Assembly: GCA_965649825.1 (NCBI GenBank)
Contig: OZ287711.1
Location: forward strand, 231,201 to 295,200
DNA length: 64,000 bases
Direction: 5' to 3'
Source of the DNA: Penicillus capitatus
Taxonomy: Eukaryota > Plantae > Chlorophyta
The notes beneath the pieces are model-generated. The model had not been told where the DNA came from. It searched no databases and was given only the letters and a program-made list of their open reading frames with translations. The position numbers and the translations under genes are program-made. This document shows positions 52,632 to 60,420 of this stretch, in pieces (positions within the stretch are counted from its first letter, which is position 1; every line of letters begins with the position of its first letter).

Positions 52632-54297
52632 TTAGGGGCGGGGGAACGTTGGCTCAATCACATCTGCAGACGTTAACTCCTTAATGCGCCGGAGACTCGG
52701 GAAGGTCTTCATCAGTGCCGCCTCTTGAGCAGGAAACAGACAAGTCTCCGGACGAAACCACAGTTCTCTGAGATTTTTCATGCTTCCCTGTAGCTTTCTT
52801 CGATCCAACTCGAATGGCATGGAGGACCACAACTTGAGTTCTCTGACATTCGAAAGTGCTGTCAAGCCAAAGTAGAACCCAGGCAACTCGAAAGGTAATT
52901 TCCATGCCTCGAAATGCAGCTTCGTCAGATCCGGCAAGGTTCCCACAGCATCGAAGAAATCGTACTCCACGTCAACCATTATCACCGTCAGCGTCTTCAG
53001 CTTCCTCAATTGCGCAAGCGTGGATGAACGCAGTGCAGGTGAGTGCGTGTCAGATGATCTTAATTCTGGGTCAGTGTTGACGATTTTGAGTGATTCCAGG
53101 TTTGGCATGCTGGCCAAGAAGTAGGGGAAATCTGGGGGCAGGTCGTAATCGGGTTGGATGTGGAGATCGACCAGCGACGTCAAGCAACGCAGAGATCTCC
53201 CAGAGATGTTGCGCCCCGACAGAACAAGACGCGTCAACTGCGTCATGGCGGTCAGCGATTCCGTCATCTTCAGCGGAAACGGTGACTCCGACGTCTCTCT
53301 GAGAACGAGCGCCTGGAGATGGACCAGCGAGAACACCGATTCCATAAAGGCATCGACGCTTTCGCACTTGACGCCTGCCGCGAAGAACTCCGTCAGATGA
53401 TGCATATCGCTCAGAACGGCGGCGAAATTGCTGTGCTTTTCGTCGACGTCGACAACGGCCAGTTTTTCCAGGCGAGAGAAGGAACGCAGGATGGACCAGT
53501 CTTTGAGTTGGGGATGCTGTCCGAACACGCCGAGATGCAGAGATCGTAGAGAAGAGGCATAGGGTGCCATCACCTGCAACACACATCGACGCCATCGGGT
53601 CGTTGCCTTTTAGCCGTACCTGCAGTTTAGGAATGGGGTATTGCAAGTGCGGCAGTCGCCATCTGCTCGTGATCTCGAGGCGTGTCAGTTGAGTGAGAGA
53701 CGGGAAGCGCAACTCTTCACCGTGGCCGAAGAGAATGTTGGTATTTCCTATCAGCGTTTGCAGCCTTTGCAGTTCGGTGACGGGCATCGGATCGACATAC
53801 ACTGCCCTGCAAGACGTATAGATGGCCAGTGCCGTCAGGTTTTGCAGCTCCCTCAAGACATCCGTCATGGCATAGAAGGTTTCCTGAGCGTCGATTTTGA
53901 CGGAGAGCGACTGCAGACGTTCCACCGATCGAAGACTCGATACCAGGCTTTCCGGAATGTTGTAGGTTTGGTAGAACGCCAGTTTAAGGTGTTGGAGATG
54001 TCGAAGTTGGGGGAGGTAGGGGATCAGATGCGTCTCCAGGATGTCTGGTGTCGTGGCGTCATTTTGAAGGGGCAGAGAGGTGACGGCAGGGAATGCCTCG
54101 GTGATGCGTTGCATCTCGTTCATGTGCATTTGTTTAAGCTTGACAGGCAGTTTCCGAGAGGCTTCGTACCAACGACGACAGACCAGACGGCATTCGCGAA
54201 TGTCTTCGTCCAAAACGCACGTGAGGATCTTCAGCAGGAAGTACTCTTCTTCGAGCAGTGTGCTCAGGAGGCGGCCCTCGGGCAATGTAGACTCCAT
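52632..54297 (-). CDS. F-box-like/LRR protein 2 (539 aa)
   Basis: LLEEEYFLLKIL...IRECRLVCRRWYEAS.KLPVKL; an intron at 53619-53574 (46 nt) sits at the same position as in LRR1 and LRR3. Confidence 0.85.
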
Positions 54298-54599
54298 GTG
54301 ACTGACTATTCGGCGTTTATCGATGCCACGGGTGACGTCGCTCGTTTGAGAAACACAGGAGGTGATGGTCGAGAAAGCGAAGAGGAAAGCGTGAAAAAGG
54401 TAGCATGTGGCTCAAGACGGCTGCTGACCGTATGCATGCCGTATGCAAGATCGATCTGTCTGAGACGTGCGTGCGTGTCCATTTCTCAGTTTTTTTTTCG
54501 CCTTTCGCCTTGCCGTCGGAATTTTGCACCTGGCTCTGTCGACTGCACCGAGATGCCTCGCGTGAGCGTCGACTTCAGGTGCCGCTGGGAGACATCTGC

Positions 54600-54644
54600 C
54601 GACATGACGTCGTTGGACGATGCTTCCTGAGATTCGCGTTCCAT
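54600..54644 (-). pseudogene. Remnant of the RRP36 5' end (MERESQEASSNDVMS), co-duplicated with carA
   Basis: Near-identical to 20785-20827, then diverges. Confidence 0.7.
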
Positions 54645-54684
54645 AGACCACCGCGAACGAACACACTTTTCGTGTCGTACAAGC

Positions 54685-55478
54685 ATGAAGGCCATTCGAC
54701 CCGGTGTCCACTCCATCCAGCCTTCAGCCAGAGCGTCGCCGCTTGTTCGTCGGAGACGTCTGCGTCTCGTTGCCGCGTCGACGACACCGTAGAAGAAGAA
54801 CGCGCGACTGGTGTTGGAAGATGGCACCGTCTGGCCTGGCGTCGGATTCGGCGCCAAAGGCACACACGTGGCCGAAGTGGTGTTCAATACGTCGATGACC
54901 GGATATCAAGAGATCATGACGGATCCGAGCTACAAAGGACAGTTCGTGTGCTTCACGCATCCACACATCGGCAACGTCGGCGTCAACACAGGTCACTCCT
55001 TCAAATTGTGGGTCAGTCAGTGTATGCACGGGTCATGTATTGGCAGATGACGTCGAGTCAAGAGCCTGCCACCTGCGTGGGATCGTTGTTCAGGATCTCT
55101 CTCACGCATTGTCTCGAACTACCGTGCCGAGACGTCGCTGACGCAGTACTGTGAGGAGAACGATGTGGTGGGCATAGCGGAACTCGGCACGCGTGCCTTG
55201 ACGAAACGCATCCGGGAAAGAGGCGCGCTCGTCGGTGAGCACATCCCGTGATGTGACGGCTGCCAAATGGGATCACCCGACCGATCGACCCTCACACACG
55301 CCTTTACACGTCTGGCATACTTTCTCACTTGGATGGGCGCGTTTTAAAGACGTGCGTTACCTTTTTAGGTGGTGACTTTCGACATTGGTATTAAGTGCAA
55401 TATCTTGCGTCGTTTGGCATCGCCAGGGCCACACGCTTCCGATCAGGCTTTTGCCGAAGCTGACGAACCGAAGGCGGT
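54685..55478 (+). pseudogene. carA: carA pseudogene
   Basis: Collinear with 20869-22384. It has an in-frame TAG at 54790 (TGG in the original), a 2-nt insertion near 55100, an approximately 210-bp deletion near 55245 and an approximately 477-bp deletion at 55416-55423. Confidence 0.95.
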
Positions 55479-55704
55479 AAAAGCCAAGGTGTAAAAACGC
55501 CAGCATCTCGTGTTATACATAGCTCACTTCTGCGAGAGATCGACAGGAGCTGAGGCACAGAAAGGCATCCCTTTAAACAACGGATAAGAACTGCGCACGG
55601 ACATGCCCGTAGCGCATTGATTGAATCTCTACCCCCACTTAAATACAGAAGCAATATCGTTGGGCTTGCATGAAGGCACCGACACATCCTGGATAGGAAG
55701 ATGC

Positions 55705-57511
55705 CTATGGATCCGTTGTCAACTTGCATTCCCCATCGAAGAGCTCGATAGCTGAGGTCGTCAGATGGATGTGCTTGTGTGGATATGCACGGAAAGGAAA
55801 GCGCACGAGACAGATGTGTCGAAGGCACGGAAAGGCACGGATCAGAGCCGAATGGCTGACGGTTTCCTCCAATGATGTCGCAATCTGTCGATACCACTTC
55901 TTGCGGTCGAATTCCGTCGTCACGAAGAGCATCTTCTGCAGCCTCGGCAAGCATCCTCCCATCAATCGTATTCGATCTTCCGTCAGTGCCCAGCGACACG
56001 ATACGGTCAGCACTGCTAAACGGGACAACAGCGTCAGCTGAGCGAAGAAAACATGATCGCCTTCGTCAAGGAGGCCCGGAAGAAAACTCAACTCCGTCAA
56101 ACCTGGCAGCGCCGCCAGCGCAGTGAAAAAACTGGACGCTATCGGATCGACCTTCCACAACTGCAATGTCTTGAGTTTGGTCAACGGCCGAACAACTTCC
56201 GGCGGCAATGCGAAGGGTTCGCCGCACTTATTGATCTTGAGCGATGTCAGATGCGGCATACAGGACAGTGCTTGCGGCAAGAATGTCGGCATGGGGCTGT
56301 GGCCGACGATTTCGAGTTCGATTAACTTCGTCAGGCACGAGAAGGAGCTTCCACATAACGATCGTTCCACGACGAGGCGCGTCAACTGCGTCATCGCCGT
56401 GAACGCTTCGGTCGAGTCACATGCGACCCGCAGATGTCGATTCTGAGCGGGCTCGAGGAGGAGTGAGCGGAGTTGCGTGAAGCTCGGCACGAAACTCACC
56501 GGTACAGGAGCATAATCATTCGTCATACAGGAGATTTCCAGTTCCGTCAAGTGATGCATCTCCTGGACAGCGGCATAGAAACCCTCGAGTGGCACTTCCT
56601 TGTATACAAGTTTAAGCGACTCCAGACTCGAAAACCGTGTCAGCGATGGTATGTCTGCGATCAAAGCGCTGTCCCAGAAGTCATGAATCTCTAGCGACTT
56701 CAGCAGCGCGGCATAAGGCAAGAGAGTCTGCACAGCATAACATCCTTCGAGAAGTGACATGTATTGTCATCACTTTCAGCTGCAGAGCTCTCTCTGCCCT
56801 ATAAGGCAATCTAACGCAGTAAACACGGAGCTGTGTGAGCCGAGTCAACGTCGGCAAGAGCAGGCGATGGTCCGGAGTGAGCAATACATGAGCATCAGCG
56901 ACGAGCTTCACAAGTCCTTGCAACTGTGTGACGGGCTCGAAGGGATCGAGTCGTTTTCGAGGCGCACGGAGACCTAGGGACGTGAGCTGCGTCAGGTATG
57001 GCAAGAGCTCGATCCACGCAGGGTAGTCGCTTTTCTCTTTGATGCGGAAGGAAAGGGATCGAAGGCTCGTCATCGAGAGGAGTATGGGTTGGAGTTTCTC
57101 CGCGACTGGACGTCCTCCGCATAATCGTGTCTCTAAAGTGTGCAGTTTTGTGAATCGTGCCAGCCACGGAATCGCATCGGCATCCAAGGCATCGTACCTG
57201 TCCCGCCAGTCTTGGAAACAGAGAGCCGTGGCGTCTGGAAACGCCGTGGCTGCTTTTTTGACCACTTTGCGGGCGTCGAAAGCGAGTCCTGTTCGAATCC
57301 TGACGGGTAGCTTCTGGCAAGCTTCGCGCCATTGGCGACAGACGAGGCGGCACTCTTGGAGACCGTCTGCCATGGCGCAGGTCAGCACTTTGAGCAGGAA
57401 ATACTCGTGTTCGAGAAGAGCGCCGAGAATGCTCGCTGCTGTCGGCGCGGGCCCAGACTCGGACGCGGCATCAGCGAGGTGTCGCTGGTTCGCTGGAGAC
57501 GACGATGACAT
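55705..57511 (-). CDS. F-box-like/LRR protein 3 (586 aa)
   Basis: LLEHEYFLLKVL...GLQECRLVCRQWREACQKLPV; an intron at 56773-56728 (46 nt) joins ORFs 56681 and 55705 in frame. Confidence 0.85.
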
Positions 57512-58417
57512 TGTTCCTCACTTATGGCGAATAAACGTTTACGATTGTCGCGACGAAGAGACAGTAGGAATTCCGAGACCTGCTGCAAACGCATCGACGT
57601 CGATGCACGATTCCGAATCACAACGTCGCCGAAATCGACGTTTGTATCATGTGCGCATCTAGCGGCGACGGTAGATAAGCGGTCTCCCCTCGACTAGCTT
57701 GCAAAACCTCAAATCCCAGAGAGACGTCCGCGTCGCCTCGCCGAGTCGCGCGAGGAAACGCATGGCGGAAAACCAGACGAACGCTATAGAATCGACAACG
57801 GGTTTACTGCGGGTGGCGGCGGAGTTACTGCGATGATGTGACCCAGAACACCATGGCAGTGAGCGACTCCGCCGCCACCCGCGACAAACCTGTTGTCTGA
57901 CCTCTCGCGAAGTCGATCTCGCAAAATTGCCCGAGGTCCCAGACGCTTAAAACAAAACATGTTCGACCAGCCGACCGACCTGGAAGCAAGCCGGCACTTG
58001 TCACCAAGACCTGTCACATCTCTCTGTTCGTCCGTGCGATGTTGAGCTTCTGCTGCCGGCGCAGACACCGACCACTCCTCCTGAGTCGGATAACGAATAC
58101 ACCCGAGTAAGGCAGTCAGTGTGCCGTTTCGAAGGGAACAGTACGGACGGCGCTGTCTTGTGGAGAGGCGACGGGATTCTCTCGTTGCGCAAACGCACCG
58201 GTTCAGATGAAATGGTTGACACGTGTCAAGGTTTCAGAACCGTCTTTGCGGTTTTCTCCAAAACTTCGTCTTTTCCACACGTACAAAGTCGCGTTAAACA
58301 GAGTGCCGAACTGTTCTTCGTCAGCCCTTGTTCGGTATTTCCGACTTTCCCGTTTCGTTTTTTGCGTGGTTGGGTACACACCGTCGTTATTCGTTGCCAC
58401 CTTCGCGTCTGCGTCCA

Positions 58418-59701
58418 ATGAATTCTCAAGCGAACTCTTCAGACCGCGCCGTGCTTCTTACCGTTGGGAGGACGCGCGTTGGGAAGGGCGAATTCATTTC
58501 CACAGCCAACCGCCTCCTCCACGGCCGCGGACTTCCACACATTGTTTCGCGTCGCAAAGTCTCGCACACCAAGAAGACACATGGATATCCCATGCGCCTT
58601 GCCGACGAAGACATCCGAATGGTCGACACCGTCGGCTTCGACGACAGCAGCGGAACGGACATCCCCGAGACAACGCTGCTCCGTTTTCTCGCGGACACGG
58701 GGAAAGCCGACTTCTATCCGCCGCTCGTCATACTGCAGACGCTGTCTGCGCTGGAGAAGGACGTGCTGAAGAAGACGAGCGCCGTTTTCTCGGAAGTCGT
58801 CGTAGCCCTTCGAGTGGAAGACGCATCCGAGATCGAAGAGGCCCAGAATGACATCGCTAACGAGTGCCGAGTGACACCGATCAGAGTCTTCCCCATACAG
58901 ACGTTCGTGCGCGACGCCCTCGACGGCGGGCGCAGTCGGCAGCTGTATGACAGTGACGTCTCGGCCATCCTGGATTTCTACAGAACCTTGACGGCTTCGA
59001 GAAAGAAGCTGGACTTCTCGAGTGAACTCTTTAAAGGAGAATTCGAAAGAAGGCCGTCGCGCCCAGAGACGAAAAGCGAAGTCGTCAAGGTGCGCAGCAA
59101 CGAAAAACGCCTTGAGAGAAAGACGATCGAAGTCCCCAAGAAGAAGACGCTTGTCAACGGTGGGCATTTCGAAAGAACAGCTGATTGCACCAAAGTCAAA
59201 CGTCTGACTGCGGGGGCTGACGTGTGTCACGCGGGAGCAGCGGGGTGCGGCGTCGGCGGCGCAGCATTGAGTGCGACTATTGCCGCCATGCCTGAGGTCG
59301 CTGCGATGTCAGCTATGGTACCTCCAGTCGCCATCGCCCTGCTTGGAGCATCGGCTGGGCTGTTCATCGCTGGAGCCTGCTTGAAAGACGAAGCCGATTT
59401 TTGCGAACAGGGGCGAAAGTGGGTCGTAGATAAAAAGGAGGAGATCGTGTACGTGACCAAGAACGAAGTGGTCAACGTGAAGTACATCATCACACAGAAG
59501 TTTCGCAGGACGTCGGAGAGAGAGGTTCACGAAGTCTGGAAAGTGCTTGCTGGCGAGATCGAGATCTTCGTGGAGTATGCGTACGGTCCGTGGAAGGTGC
59601 TCAGCGATGAGCTGCTGGATCACTTCGAAACGGAAATGCCCGCATACCTGCCGGAAGACAAGTTGCCAAAGGGTCTGTCCAAAGGAGAACGTGTCCATTG
59701 A
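58418..59701 (+). CDS. Hairpin-GTPase family paralogue D (427 aa, intact, intronless)
   Basis: GRTRVGKG, VSHT and DTVGFDDS, a Gly/Ala-rich hydrophobic tip, and the conserved C-terminal KFRRTSEREVHEVWKVLAG..EYAYGPW. Confidence 0.87.
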   Translation: MNSQANSSDRAVLLTVGRTRVGKGEFISTANRLLHGRGLPHIVSRRKVSHTKKTHGYPMRLADEDIRMVDTVGFDDSSGTDIPETTLLRFLADTGKADFYPPLVILQTLSALEKDVLKKTSAVFSEVVVALRVEDASEIEEAQNDIANECRVTPIRVFPIQTFVRDALDGGRSRQLYDSDVSAILDFYRTLTASRKKLDFSSELFKGEFERRPSRPETKSEVVKVRSNEKRLERKTIEVPKKKTLVNGGHFERTADCTKVKRLTAGADVCHAGAAGCGVGGAALSATIAAMPEVAAMSAMVPPVAIALLGASAGLFIAGACLKDEADFCEQGRKWVVDKKEEIVYVTKNEVVNVKYIITQKFRRTSEREVHEVWKVLAGEIEIFVEYAYGPWKVLSDELLDHFETEMPAYLPEDKLPKGLSKGERVH

Positions 59702-60339
59702 ACTGCTCCGTTAACGATCGCTGTCAGGGAGAGAGTCTTCGAGGTATGGTTTCTAACAGGTCGGGCGTCGGTGAGGAGCGAAATCTTCTGCGTTTTTGTC
59801 TTTCGAATAACGGCAGCAATGTTGACGTGCTCCGCCATCTCCTAAGTTCTGGCCATAATCTGTCACTTGCATCTCCTTCGGTCCTGTGCCTTGTGAAACA
59901 GCGTGTCAGTGTATACCTGTCCTCGCCACTGGGTCGTTTTTTGTTACCTATCTGTTTCGATATCATCTTTCAGCTGATCTGCCACGTCGTCTTTGAGATT
60001 GATTCGCCAACGAAACTCAACGGCACCTGATGATCGAATGTAAAGGTCTCACCCACTTTTCATCGAACCCGCTAACTGTCATCTCATGTTTTCAGTTTTG
60101 AATCTTTGTGGAATGAATCCAATGTACTGGCTGGAACATTAAGCTTGTCTCCTGACTGACGTTAAGCACTGCCGATGGACCAAACCTTCTCATTTTAACA
60201 CGCTTCGGCAAACAAAGCGCGTTGTCATATTCTTCGATGCGAAATGCCTATTGATACGTGCGAAAACGTGCTCGAGTTTATGTTGCTCAGAAACGTTGTT
60301 TTGAACAGAGCGTTTTTAAACAGACATCGAATCGTGTTT

Positions 60340-60420
60340 TCCCCCATTTTATATCTTAGCATGACGTCATGATTGCGTCATGCTTTATGTCATGGTGCCT
60401 TCTTCTTCGCTTCTTCTTCC
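60340..60420 (-). promoter_or_regulatory. Putative polypurine tract and start of the 3' LTR (U3) with CRE palindrome and TATA box
   Basis: The minus strand reads GAAGAAGAAGCGAAGAAGAAGG, CACCA, then TGACATAAAGCATGACGCAATCATGACGTCATGCTAAGATATAAAA. The second LTR is not in the window, so this is unconfirmed. Confidence 0.45.

Noticed and set aside
55520-57995. Helitron or MULE ends around the LRR3 cassette
   Set aside because: No TC...CTRR termini, subterminal hairpin, TIRs or TSD visible.
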